NCBI GenBank assembly: GCA_013265495.1
Contig: MU057987.1
Coordinates: 1-64,000, forward strand
Length of the DNA stretch: 64,000 nt
Direction of reading: 5' to 3'
DNA from: Vicugna vicugna
Lineage: Eukaryota
Part shown: positions 39,715 through 51,928 of the stretch, piece after piece
How positions within the stretch are numbered: the first letter of the stretch is position 1
Layout of the letters: each line of letters opens with the position of its first letter
Program-made: the position numbers and the translations under genes
Notes under the pieces: generated by a model
The model's database searches: none
The model's input: only the letters and a program-made list of their open reading frames with translations
Told to the model about the DNA's origin: nothing

Positions 39715-40009
39715 CAGCCTTTTCCAAAATGCAGATCATGTAATACTCATTGATATGAGATGAATAAAACCAAGATTGCATTTGCAAAGTTTGGGAAATA
39801 CTGGGTTTATCAAAGTTAGGCAGGTTTCTTTTATGTAGCTTTCCTTTGAGCCTTTTATATGTTAATTGAATTCTGAATCTTCATGATAAGAGGTAAAGTT
39901 TGCAGAATATCACTGACTAGTTTGACTACAGATTCCTTTTATCTGTGCAAAACCTTTTTACATCTCACTGGATACCAGGATTCCAAGGCACATGATTTGG
40001 AAAATGCTG
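39715..40009. mobile_element. hAT-Charlie-type MITE with terminal inverted repeats
   Basis: CAGCCTTTTCCAAA (39715) versus TTTGGAAAATGCTG (ends 40009): 13/14 inverted match. Confidence 0.65.
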
Positions 40010-40201
40010 CAAGACAGGCTTTCAGAAAACGTTTTAATGATAAAGTGCTCACAGATCAAAACAGCCCCCACTCAACAAGAGAAATCTGCCTCGTTGCAGC
40101 CCGAGTTAATATTAATCTGTGAGCCTGAGACAGGAACTCATCAGGAGAGTTAGACATAGTTCAGAGCTATCAAAAGCATGAGAACCAACCGAGCATTGTG
40201 A

Positions 40202-40215
40202 TCGCTCCCTGGTGG
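40202..40215 (-). promoter_or_regulatory. Candidate CTCF site
   Basis: Minus strand CCACCAGGGAGCGA, 2 mismatches to CCACCAGGGGGCGC; local CpG retention at 40190-40380. Confidence 0.4.
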
Positions 40216-42509
40216 AAATGCCTAATACGAGTAACCTTCCTTTTTCATCTCTAAAGCACAATGCGTCCGGAGTGCAGAACTCTCTCCTCTCTTACCGCTT
40301 TATTGTAACAAGAACCATGAGATAGAACTCATTCCGTCCAGCGCGCTCTGACATAAAGACCATATGACGATGCTTATAGGTTTGAAGCAATCCTATTACA
40401 GTATGTGACTGTTGAAGTAGACTCTGTTAGAAGCTCAAAGCTAAACTGGGAGGGTCTATAGTCAACCATTTTCACTAAGTTTTAATTGCAAAAATAATAT
40501 CAAATTCTCAAAATGGTATAGGGCAGGATAATATTTTTTACATATTAGCCATTGTGTTTTTCAGTCCTTTTATTTTTCGCTTTCTTGTGATTTTCCTGAA
40601 CTTATTCCATCCCATAAATTCCATATTCTATAACCACTGCCTTAGGGGGAAAAACACGGAAGAAAGAAAAAAATTAATCAAATTCTTACCTTTCAGATTC
40701 AGTACTTAGGTCAGAACACAGAGAAGAGATCTCGAAGAATAGCTGAAGATCTTGGCTGTCCTGACAATCGTCTAGATGAAGAGTCTGGAGGAGGAAGGCA
40801 GAAGACAGAAGACCATGCTGTGAGCAGAGGTCAGTGGTACCAAGACCAGTGAACAAGACCTGAGTGATACATTGATTGGAGGGGCATCCGTGTCCAGTAC
40901 CTGTCTCATCTCCAGCTGAATAATCATAGCTGTCAACAATTCCTGAAAGCCAGGTAGAAGCTAAGAAATCACCTGCAAATCATCATGTTTCTGTTCCAGG
41001 GAGCATGGTGTGTTGCTCGTATCAAGCTGGCATGTTAAGCATAGTTCCCACTGGCATCAAAGAAGGACCTAGCTCCCACCAGTCTTGGATAGCTTGCCAT
41101 CCAATAAGAGCGGGTCCCCTCTGTGCCCAGAGACTTTGACCTCAAACTTGAGTTATGTGAACAATGCTCCTTTAGCAGCCCAGCACACTAGCCAGCCCCT
41201 CAGAGCCAGACGGCCCCGGCTGCTTAGAGGGGTAGTAGTGATGTGTTCAGGGTACTTGTGGACATGGACTAGAACCAGTTCAAGATCTCCCTAGGTCAGG
41301 CAATGTTGAAACATCTCACCTTATCCATTCTCACAGATAAGATACAAACTCAGGCTGATGTTTGGCCAAAGAAACTTATTTTAAAAATATATTAACACAT
41401 TCCTTGACTTAAGGACCTCAAGCTATTTATTGTTTAAAGTCTACTTCCAATAATGTTTTGAACTTTTCAAATCACTAACTGTAGTAAATTCTAGCATGCA
41501 GGATGGTCTCCCAGCGTGACACGTCTCTAAAAGAGTTAGCTAGGACAATGGACCATAATGGAGACGTGCTCTTGTCTCTAAAGATAATCTGAGAACCATA
41601 ATAGCCCCTTGGCAGTGGTTCCTCTTTTTTAGGGTTTGTATCTTACATTGCCCCATCTTCCAAATTCTTAAACAGCTGAGGCACAGGGCTGACCTCCTTC
41701 TAAAATGATTGGGAAAAATGCTTAGTGTCTGTGTGAGGTTTCAGAAGTGATGAACTTGCCATTAGTCTCATCTGATTTAGGCTCCAGTTCTTGTCTCTAA
41801 AACTAAAATGCTTCACGTCCACATAAACTTTGAAATAATCTCTCCAAGCATGTGTGTCTGGAAGCATTTCCATTCTGTTAGAGCAACTGAAGTCTGCAGG
41901 ACATCTGAAACCGTTAATCTTGTGTCGGGCTTGCTGATCATGGACTGTCTGCTGGCATTTCCATTTTTATTTATACGTTAGTTTTTTTCTACACGATCAA
42001 CTTTCATTGTTAAATTTTCTTCCATGTCACAGGTAACTTTCCCAGAACAGCAGATGAAAAGCTATGAAAATACTATGGCATATTCTACCTTGATATCTTT
42101 GGAAAATAAATTTTTTTCTTTGTATTCAAAGATCCTGTTTCTTAGAGCTATATGTATGCATAAAATTTGGTTAAATAGATTTGTGCACAATAAAAAAAAG
42201 TCTTCTTGTTTGTATGCAGACTGAGTTTTTGTTTTAGGCAGTACGCAAGAGTTGAGTGGAAGACACTGCTATAAAATGCATTTAAAAAGAGCTCATAAGC
42301 ATTTCCTCCCCCTGCACCACACGCAGCCACAAAGCTACATCTTTGCCCCTTAGTTAGCATGTTAATTTTAAACAAATTTGGAGAGTCTCAAAGTCTATTT
42401 TGCTTCCATCTCAATCACTTATTAAGAAAGTCCTGCTGGAACATTTTCTTTCCATAAATAGTAGAGGATCTCTCCTTTTGACCTCAACACACAACCACTA
42501 GAAAGCAGA

Positions 42510-42890
42510 ATGGTAAAGTAGTAAATACATTTATTTTTGTTATCATAGACCAAGAATTGAATCTCTTAATCTTTATGATTTTCTGCCTGTACTAAATTCA
42601 GGAAAACTTTCTGAGCCTCAGCTTCATTATCTGTAAAATGAGGATGTTAAAATCTGCCAGACCCAATTCAGAATGTTGTTACACATTTCAAATGTGATGA
42701 CGTCACTTGAAAGAACATGTGACAATAAAAGTGACTGTTTCTGTTTTATGCAAAGTAAATTTAAACACATAATCTCAGAGATCGTCAAAACAAACAGGTA
42801 AGGAGTGTACTGTTTTCCATTTTCAGATGAATAAATTAATTTGAGGCAAATTAAATTAAATTTACTTGCTCAAGACTCTACAGTTTGCCA
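42510..42890. mobile_element. Two MIR fragments in opposite orientation
   Basis: tctgagcctcagcttcattatctgtaaaatgagg (+) and ccattttcagatgaataaatt...acttgctcaag (-). Confidence 0.55.
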
Positions 42891-42899
42891 GTGGAAAAT

Positions 42900-43790
42900 T
42901 TCTGCATGGCAAACAATACAAAAATGCAAAAGGCTAAAGACAAATGAGGAAGAGATAACACTGACAACTTGGGATAAAGTCTATTATTTTTAACCAAATG
43001 CTAAGCAGATTAAAAAAAATCACTTAATAGAAAAATTGGCATGGCATCAAATATAAGTTAGCATGTCACAGAAAACAATTGCTGAAGTACTCTCAGATGT
43101 TAAGCCTAACCAATAATTAAAGACGTGCAAAGAAATGTAACCAATAATTGAAGGCATTCAGAAGGTTTTGTGTTTCTGTGTGTGTGTGTGTTTCATGTAG
43201 TCAAAAATGAAAAATGTGACACCGTGCTGTCGAAGGTATAGGAGAAAGGTTCTCCATTCGCTGTTAATGAGAATGTAAATTCAAATAAATTTTGGAGTGC
43301 CTTGTGGTAATCTACATTAAAATGCATAACATCTTGCCCTTTGACCCAGCAATTTCACTTTTAGAATTTTATCCTGCAGGTATTTGTACAAGTATATTAT
43401 TTCCAAGCTTATTTTTAGTAGGAAGCAATTCAAAACACTCCAAATGACTCCCAGTCTGGAACTGGTTAAGTGAATTATGACCTGAACCTACAATAGGATG
43501 TTAGGCTCTCGTTAAAGGTAGTGAGACAATGTCGCGTACGTGGAACGGACCGACGACAGAGATGTATTTTCACGTAGAAAAAAGTTTCAGAACAACGTGG
43601 TTAGCACTTTGCTGATTGTTTATAAGGTGAGTATCTCTAGGTACACACCTATTTGGCATATACATCAGCGATTTCTAGGAGGTTTTCACTAATTTGGTAA
43701 CAAGGGTTATTTGTTTGGAGGGAGGAGTAGAAAGATCGGGGTGGGAGACGTGTTCTCTCTGTTTACACCTTCAGGTTCAGTTGTTTATAC
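42900..43790 (+). mobile_element. Very old L1 3' region (L1ME-like)
   Basis: gctgttaatgagaatgtaaatt...ccctttgacccagcaatttcacttttagaattttatcct...ctggttaagtgaattatg. Confidence 0.6.
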
Positions 43791-43989
43791 CCGAAAGCCA
43801 TCCCCTTCCAAGCGTGTTTGCTTTCCCGTGCACCGCGCCGCCCTTGGAGAATGCTCGTAAAGCACAGAGTGAAATGCCTGTGACTTGTCATCTTCCGCTG
43901 TGTTGGTCTGACGGGCTTTCACCATCACAGAACGGTTCTTTTCGCTACCTGAGTTCTACGAAATCGCTCTGATTGCCCTTCTCGGCCGT

Positions 43990-44482
43990 CGACGCCAGCC
44001 ATCTGCCTGTTTTCCCTCAGATCCCTTCTCTGTTTTCCCCTCTGCTTTCAGTCTGTGAGATCGGGCCCCGCATATGGGACTTCCCGGGAGTCACTGACCA
44101 ATGGCTTCAGTTCAGTTTGGCCAGTGGGAGATACTGGCAGGAGGTTGGAAGGAGCAAGAGGAGGGAAGTCAGGGTACTTCTCCCCTCCTCTCTGCTCTGA
44201 GCGGCATCTTCGGTGGGTGGTGGCGATGGCCTCTCTGGCAGCCTCGCCCTCCACGCCGGCCCCCCCGCAGCTACAGTTCAGAGGGTCCACTCTCCCTCCC
44301 TGATTCTTCCTCCTGAAGGATGCTAGCAGCTTCCCTAATCCTTGCTAATCTTTTTGGCCATCTCACCTCCTCTGTTTGTATTTCCATCTCTCTTTATACT
44401 GTTCAATGAGTTTCTCACACAAAATACTCTCCTGAATTCCACGGGATGGATTCTGTCTTCTTGTGGGACCCACACAAATTGT
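43990..44482 (+). mobile_element. ERVL solo LTR (LTR33-like)
   Basis: ccctcagatcccttctc...agtttggccagtgggagatactggcaggaggttggaagg...gaagtcagggtac. Confidence 0.65.
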
Positions 44483-44599
44483 GCATTGTGGGAGACACAA
44501 CTGACGTTAAATTTGTATGCCACAAATTTTACTGCTTGATAAACTGAGTGTAAAATAAACAGATGCAAGTGGAAAGTTAGAGAAGAAGAAGGAAGCTAA

Positions 44600-44795
44600 C
44601 CATTCAGACTTCTGTTTTGTGCCAAGAGATTTCCTGCTATTCAAAAATAGTAATCTTCACCCCCTTTTTATGAAGTAAATATTATTATCCCCCAATCACG
44701 GCCGAGAAATAGAGACTCAGACAGAATAATTAATTGGCTTGTAAGCGGCAGAGCTGGGATTCCGCTCCAGGTCTTTCTGACTCTAAAGCCTGAGA
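44600..44795 (-). mobile_element. MIR SINE
   Basis: attattatcccc...gagaaatagagactcagacag...gcggcagagctgggattccgctccaggtctttctgactctaaagcc. Confidence 0.7.
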
Positions 44796-45189
44796 CACTG
44801 CTGAGATGCTGTAAAGTTGATTTTGGTGTCTCTCCTTCCCCCTTTTAGTGTTCTTTGTGTCACTTCCTTATTCCGGCGTCTACCATCCACTGGCCCCCTT
44901 TCGGCACAGTGTCTCATATTTCTAACATTCATCTTCTACTCTGCCACAGAAAACCACTTATCTGTGTTACTTTTCTTCAATGCCTTGCTTTCTGCTCATC
45001 TGATAACCAAATTTGAACTGAGCTATTATTTGGTGATCATTCCTATTCTGCCAGAAGGGAAAGAAAAGGAAGGATTTGAAATTTGAAGTCAAGCCTGCCA
45101 GAATTCCTCTAAAACCATTTCCTTGTTCATTCACTTTTCTTCCCAGAAAATGCACCGGTTGCTAGATACACAGCACTGAGCAAGACAGA

Positions 45190-46190
45190 TTGCGGCGTGG
45201 TAGGGAAGAGCGTCATCAAACAATTTTATTGAGTTCTATGGAGGAGAAATGTTCTGTGGAAGCATCTGAGAGGAAATTGTACTGGAGAGTCCAGAAAGCC
45301 TTCCGTAAGGAAATGAAATTTGTGTTGACCATTAAGGAGGCACTAGAGAAGTAAAGCAGAGTAAGTGGAAGGGAGAGAAAAATTATATAACAGCCTGTAT
45401 ATCGGTCCTGGGGCAAGAAAGAGAGCGGCCCATCAGAGGAATTTTTTTTTTAAAGACCAATACTGCTAGTGTGTAGAGAAGAAAAAAGCTAAGACAGGAA
45501 AGCTAGGAGGCAGCCCAATCATGCAGAGCCTCAAGGGACATATTAAGGGTCATGGACTCGGTCTTTCTGTCCAGCGAGGAATAGGAAACCACTGGAAAGT
45601 GTCTAGCAGGGAAGAGGGACACACTCTTGTTCCTAAAATGAATATGCGGGCTGTATTACAGAGAGGGACCTGGAGGAAGGTGATAATGGGTGCAGCACAT
45701 CACCTAAAAGACTTCCTGAGAATTCTTGATGAGAGAGGAGGGTGGCTGAAACCACGGCCAGCTGGAGGGAGGAGGAGAGAAGTGATGGATCTGAGAGAGA
45801 TTTAAGAGGTAAAACCCATAGGTTTTGGTGAGTCAAGGAGAAGGAGGAATCACCAATCACTCCTAGTCTCAGGTTATGTGCTAAGATGCGGAAAAGGGGA
45901 GAAAGAGTAGGTTTAGCTAGGAGAATCCATGAGTTTTAGACGTATTGGGTTTGTGGGTCTTTGAGAAATCTGAGTGGGCGTTTATATGCTGAGTAGGCAC
46001 TGATATCTACTTTTCTCAAACACACATGAGTGACCAGGACTAGATATAGAAACTTGAGGTTGTTGGTTCTTGGATGATGATTGAAGCCACGGGGAGTCAG
46101 TGTGGTTTTCTTAGGGGAAAGAGGGCCCAGGAGTGAAATTCTAAAGACTAAGGGAATTTCTGACCTCAGAGAGTAGTCTAGAAGGAGGAG
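45190..46190 (-). mobile_element. L2 LINE
   Basis: atcatgcagagcctcaagggacatattaagg...ccactggaaagtgtctagcagg...tctgagagagatttaagaggtaaaa. Confidence 0.7.
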
Positions 46191-46979
46191 ACAGCACTGT
46201 GCTTAAGTACAAGATACTGTAGTTGCATTAGGACGGGTGGGATCTCAGAGCTACCGTTCAGCTGTAACGCTGGGAGGGGCGGGTTTGAGGGGAGCCATAT
46301 CAGACAGCAAGGAGCGCTTCAGACACTCAGCCTGCCCCGATACGCGCGTGTGTGCACACGCGTCTCCCCTTCTGATGCACTGGGAAGGCACGTTCACGTG
46401 GCTCTTTCCCTTCCTAAGTTGGCGCTAGTTCTCAGGCCAAAAAGATGTTGCAGAAGTGTGTCAGCAAAATCCAAAGACGTGTCCAGTCTCACCTTCGAGG
46501 GTGCTGGCGGTGGCCTGGACAGACTGTCAGTGTTTCATTAACTTCAATCTTAAACTAATCTCAGTTCCAGGATTTTGCAGTAAATGTAGTCAATGGACAT
46601 GTTCTTCATTCCTCTCTTATTTATTGTCCCCTGTAGGAGCAATTTCATTACCTCCTCAGTCGTGGGTCTTTTTGAGTAGCTTTCCTGTTCTACAGCAACT
46701 AGAAAGCTGACTGGAGCAAGCGATTACTGGGAGTCCTTGATAACGCTCCTTCAGCACATTGGCTTTAAATTCTCTCTCTCTCTCTCTTTCTCTTTTTTGA
46801 CTCTGCCTCCGGGCTGCAGGCTGACCTACTACAGCTGGTGGGGGAGGGAGTGGTGTGGTTGTGTCCCCAGGACGCTGAGTCCTGCCCAAGTCACCCCGCG
46901 CCGGGTCCATCACCATCGAGCCTTTCCCTCTGCTTTTCCCAACCACCTTGCTGCCCATCACAGCTGAGGCGTCAGTCCT

Positions 46980-48225
46980 ACCTTTTACTTCTGTACCATT
47001 CGGTACTTACCTCCTGAAATACACTTCTGTTCTCATAGCCATGAAAAATTATCAGTGAGCTTCTCAGCATCAAGTTGAGCAGCCTTTCGTGGCACTCATA
47101 CCTCTTTACCTTTCAGGAGCATTTTACCCTGGTCACCACCACCACCATTTTTGACTCAAAAGTTCCCTCTTCTTTCACACTTTCTGGAATCCCCTGCCTG
47201 ACATCTCAGGGACTACCCCCTTGCTAGCCTCTTTCTTCTCTTTCTACCTATGAATGAGGCAGGACCCAAGCTTCTGTCTGCGGTCTCCTCTCGTGTCCCT
47301 CTTATTTTATCTCACTCCGTTTGAGAAATTTGAACTTTTACCTCTTTGGGAATCAGTATCCTTAGGGTGAACGTTCTTCAGTCTCAGGGTCCATATTTCC
47401 AACAGTTTGATGGACATGCTCTCCTTCCAGCACAATGCTTTAAAAAATACTCACATACCCAATCCATTGAGCAGCTTCTTGCTTCTAACTGCCCTTCTTC
47501 AGTCAATGGACATACACCTCGAGCTGCCATCTGGCTTAAAGCCTGGGCTTTTCTTATTTACTTCTCCACCTCTTCACAGTTCATAGTCCGTTGCCAAGTC
47601 TGAAAGACGGCTCCTTTGCCACGCTTTGCCCTCCCAGCCGTCTCTGTCCCTTCTGATGACGTTGTACTGATTGCAGGGAGAGAAGCACTTACCTTCCCTA
47701 CTTTTTTCACCACCTCCTGCCCTGACATCCTCTGACATCACTGCAAGTTAGTTTTCCTAAGGTCAGACTGAAATGAATCCTATTCTCTAAAAACACAATT
47801 GCCTGTCTGATATTACTTTCCGTAAACAGCCCCAATCTGCCTGCTCGGGTTTCTTTGGTCTCCTGTGTCTCCCCAGCCAGCTAGACCACCTTAGGTTCTC
47901 TCAGAGGCCAGTCTTAGGATTTATGTTGGTTCAATCTGCTCCTGAAGCATTCCACTCTTTCCCTTTCTAATACTACCTTTTGACCCCAATTTCACACTAT
48001 CTTGTCCATCAAGTTCTCCTTTTTTATGCCAAGAAAATATCTTTTTCCTCTTCTGTACTCTGTAAGACTCAGTTTGTATGACTTTTACAACTCATGCATT
48101 CATCCATTTATGTATCTTATTTCCCTTAGCAGATTGGAGGCACCCCGGGAGCAAGGGTAGGATCTTCTATATATTTTATTTCCCACAGGGCCTAATACTT
48201 TGTCTTATTGTATTCATTTGTGGTA
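46980..48225 (+). mobile_element. L2 fragments
   Basis: Pyrimidine-rich; ttcagtcaatggacatac, agttagttttcctaa, cagattggaggc...agggtagg...cacagggcctaatac. Confidence 0.5.
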
Positions 48226-48232
48226 GATGTCG

Positions 48233-48620
48233 CTGTAGGTATTAGAATAGTCGCAAGAATAGTGGCTTAAATAAGATAAAAATTACTTTTCTTTTGCCTA
48301 AACAAATTTGGGGCTGGAAATGAGAAGACTCTGTGCCACAAAGTCTTCAGAGATCCAGGTTCTTTCTCAGTTGTTGTGCTACCGTGCATGACTTTGACCT
48401 TGGGAACCAGGATGGTTTCTGCACTCCTGAGCGAGAAGAAAGATGGGCTGAAGAATAAAAGAGCTAAGGGCACACTTGTTCTGTCTCTTAAGGAGGGCTC
48501 CTGGAAGCCACCACAAGTAACATCCCTTTTTATTTTGCTGACCAGAGCTAGCTGTGTCACGTGGCCACACCTAGCTGCAAGAAATGCTGAACTGTGATCT
48601 TTGTAACTGGTGGCTAATTT
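48233..48620 (-). mobile_element. Old MaLR LTR (MLT1K/L-like)
   Basis: agtggcttaaataagataaaa...cttcagagatccaggttctttc...gtcacgtggccacacctagctgcaag. Confidence 0.65.
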
Positions 48621-48669
48621 ACAGACAAAAAATTGACTACTTGGAGAAAAGGGAAGATGAAAGTAAAGC

Positions 48670-48862
48670 CATAACTTGGGTGATAATGTTGTGTCAAGGG
48701 AGGTCCATTGATTGTAACCGAAGTGCCACTGTAGTGTCAGTGTCTATGGTGGGGGATTGTGCATGTGTGGGAGCAGGAGATATGGGAACCCTCAGTGCCT
48801 TCTGCTCAATGTTGCTGTGAACCTAGAATAACTCCAAAGAATAAAGTCTATTAAAAAATTAA
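48670..48862 (+). mobile_element. L1 3'UTR (L1MC-like)
   Basis: ttgggtgataatgttgtgtcaa...tatgggaaccctcagtgccttctgctcaatgttgctgtgaacct...aataaagtctatt. Confidence 0.8.
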
Positions 48863-51800
48863 GACACAGTTAGACATCTCTGCTCCATTTCTCTAGAAGA
48901 GATTGGAACAAATATTGTGGAATAAATGAATGAATGACAATAGTGGGTGAAAGATAGCATGTGGAGATTGAAATTGCTTTCCAAGGGAGTTATATTTAGG
49001 TTTTTTTTTTTTAACTTGGTGAACTTCATACTTGATAATCCTATTATCCTTATTTCTGGGTTAGTGATTATAGTCTTATTAACTTCAGGAAAAGAAATCT
49101 TCTAAAATCAGTTTTTAATCAAGCATAGCTTTACTGGATTCATATCCAAATAATTTCTTTTAAAAGAAAGGAGGTATTTTTTTCGATCTTGTATTTCTGA
49201 AGCTTGATAATTACCATTATATTTGCATGGACTTCTAAAGTAGCTACTTCAGCTACTATACATAGAACTTCAATTCTTTTAGGGTAGGCACCGACAGCTC
49301 TAGTAAAGAATTTGTGTGTGTTTTCAGATAGCTCTCTCTAATTGTATACTTCCCCTATGTTTCTGCTGCCAAGTGAGCATTAGAAAGGTAATTTACCTTT
49401 TAATACTGGCCCACTTCTTCAGTCTGTACATAGATTTGAAAATTTAACAGGTTTTGTTTTTCCTTTTCCCTCATGCTGTCCCGATTCTTCTGGTTTCCCA
49501 AGAAGATGACTGGGTGAGTGTGGAGTCTAATTTGTTCACTCATTAAAAAAAAAAAACCTATTAATTAGCTGAAGTCTTCTTCAGGTAAACTACGTTACTG
49601 GAAACCTAACGTTACCCATCGAACCTGGAGAAAAGGGGGATGTAGCTGGATACAGTGAGGACCTGCCAGAATCGGAATTTTCGGAGTGTTGATGAGAGCT
49701 AAGTCCTGATGATGGCTGATGGGAAAGCGTCTCTCCCGGATTGCTGGCCTTTCTCCTGGAGGAAACCAGAAAGGAGGCAACCTTCTTGTTTTTCCCGGGG
49801 TGGCACTTACAGTGTCACATCCACTCAGTCTTTTTAGTTCACAATCCTTTTCATCAGGGCCTCCCCAAGGTTAATCCTCCCACCCGTGAATCCATTTAGA
49901 CCCAAGAGGAGGTTAAGAGCATATACTCTGTGGTAACCCAGAATTGTTCTAAACAGGCTTAAATTAAATAAGTTTTCAATGACCCAGAAGTTTTAAGCGG
50001 GACCATGATTTTGATTTTACATTAACAGGAAGGAGTTTTGAGGCTCCTCCCTGAAATCGGTGTCCCGAAGTTAAGGAAACACTTCCGAATTTATTTGTTG
50101 CGGATCCTCTGCGATACCTTATGATTTAATTCCCTGAATAGAGAGTGTTCCTCGGCAGTCTCTTGAAATTCCCTTGATCTTGAGTCCTTTCTCTTCTCAA
50201 ATGTACTATTGATCAACTGATGTACATGTTCTTTTGTCCTCTTTGAGAAGAGTTATTATGAGTCCATTGTTAAACTCCTAAATGGGTCAAGTCAATTTTT
50301 CAATTGCCTGAGAATAAATACCAAATTCCTGTCTTCCAGGAGCCATAAGCAAATAAACCTCTCCCCACTAATGCAATAAAGTCTCTTTTAAGTGTTATTG
50401 CTGGTAGGAGGGAGAAGTTCTCCGTTACTTGTCAAACCAAATGAAATGCTCTGATTATCTCTTTGAACCCACTTACATTACAACTATCACAGATGTCTGT
50501 CAAATTTCACTGACATAAATTGTCTTCTCTTGGAAACTGAAAAATAATAATAAGCCACGAACATCTTTATTTTTTTTGTCATGAATTTATTTAATAAATA
50601 TTTTGGAGTATCTAGGATGTACTTAGCACTGTGGGGAAAATTTATAGTTCTCCTTTTTAATGTTCTTAAAATCTGGTTGGATAGACTCCAGGAGATTATA
50701 AGGAGGGACCTGCAAGGGGTAAAGACCTTGGAGGATGTTGGGTTGAAAGAATCAGTTGTATCAGTGGGAAAGTACAGAGAAACAGAAGCAGGTGAGAACT
50801 TGGTTTGAATACAGGACAAATGAAAGCCTCAGAAAAAAGCAGAAAGAAAGTCCAGTCCATTGGGTCCAATTTTAAATCCTTTTCATGTATTAGGATCAGA
50901 AAGTACAATACAATGGGAAAAGCTAGGAAGAGCAAGGTAACAGCAGATGGTAGGAGACAAAGGTATGGAAAGTCAGGTGGGGACTAATAATACACAGGAA
51001 GCACCTTAGGCGTTGAATATCATCATCAGAGACGTTACAAGGTCGTCTATGTAATTAACCAGTAATAGTCACTAACGTGTTCAATGCAGTGTGCTAAGAA
51101 GTTTTTGATCTGAATTTTAACCGTAAGCTATTACGGTAGTAGTTAATTTAGTCATCATGGCGTCTACTTCATGAATTTGTTATTATTATACTCATTCTTA
51201 CTGACAAGACAGAAGAATTTACCCAAGCAAGCAAGCTGCCAAGCTGGGCTATGTGTCTTGCAATCTGATTGCAAAGCCTGTGTTCCCAACCACTACAAAG
51301 TATTGCCTAGATACCAGATAAGAGGTGTAGGGAGCGGGCGATTACAGAAACACAGAAGGGAGAAGCGGAAAGCTCACAGTGGGCTGGGAGACGCAGCAAA
51401 GGCTTGCTGGAGACTGTTTCGTCTCCCTGGTGCTATAGTTAGCCGTCACACAGGTGGAGAAGTGAGGCCGGTAGAGACCAGGCAAAGCAGAAGCAAGAAC
51501 ATGGAGTCCAGGTTAGCAAATTCTATGCTGCGTTTGCCAATTGTATTTGGGGCAGAATATTTGAAAAGGAAAAATGAAATGTAAGTTTGCAAAGGCAACC
51601 TGGAACCAGAAGATGGAGCACTTTGAATGGGAGAAGTTGAACAACAAAATAGTGTCATGAAAGCGATATGTATTCAAAAGGCAGGAGGAGCTCCGAGGGG
51701 GAGAATGCAAAGAGGGGAAAGCAGAGAGCCAGGGAATCAGCCTGGGGTGGTTCCTACAATTAAAGCCTAAGAGGAAGGAAAAGCAAGCTGTTTCACAAAC

Positions 51801-51928
51801 ACGAGCACTTGCGAAGCTGAACGAAGTGGTGGCCATGGAAAGGAATGTGCTTGTTGAATAAATGAATGGGTGCAGGGATTCAAGAGTCAACAATATGAGA
51901 CAGACCAGCAAGACAGGTGAGCCAGCAG

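Noticed and set aside
51171..51911. 137-aa and 132-aa ORFs
   Set aside because: Partly overlap MIR/L2-like remnants; no domain or coding-like composition
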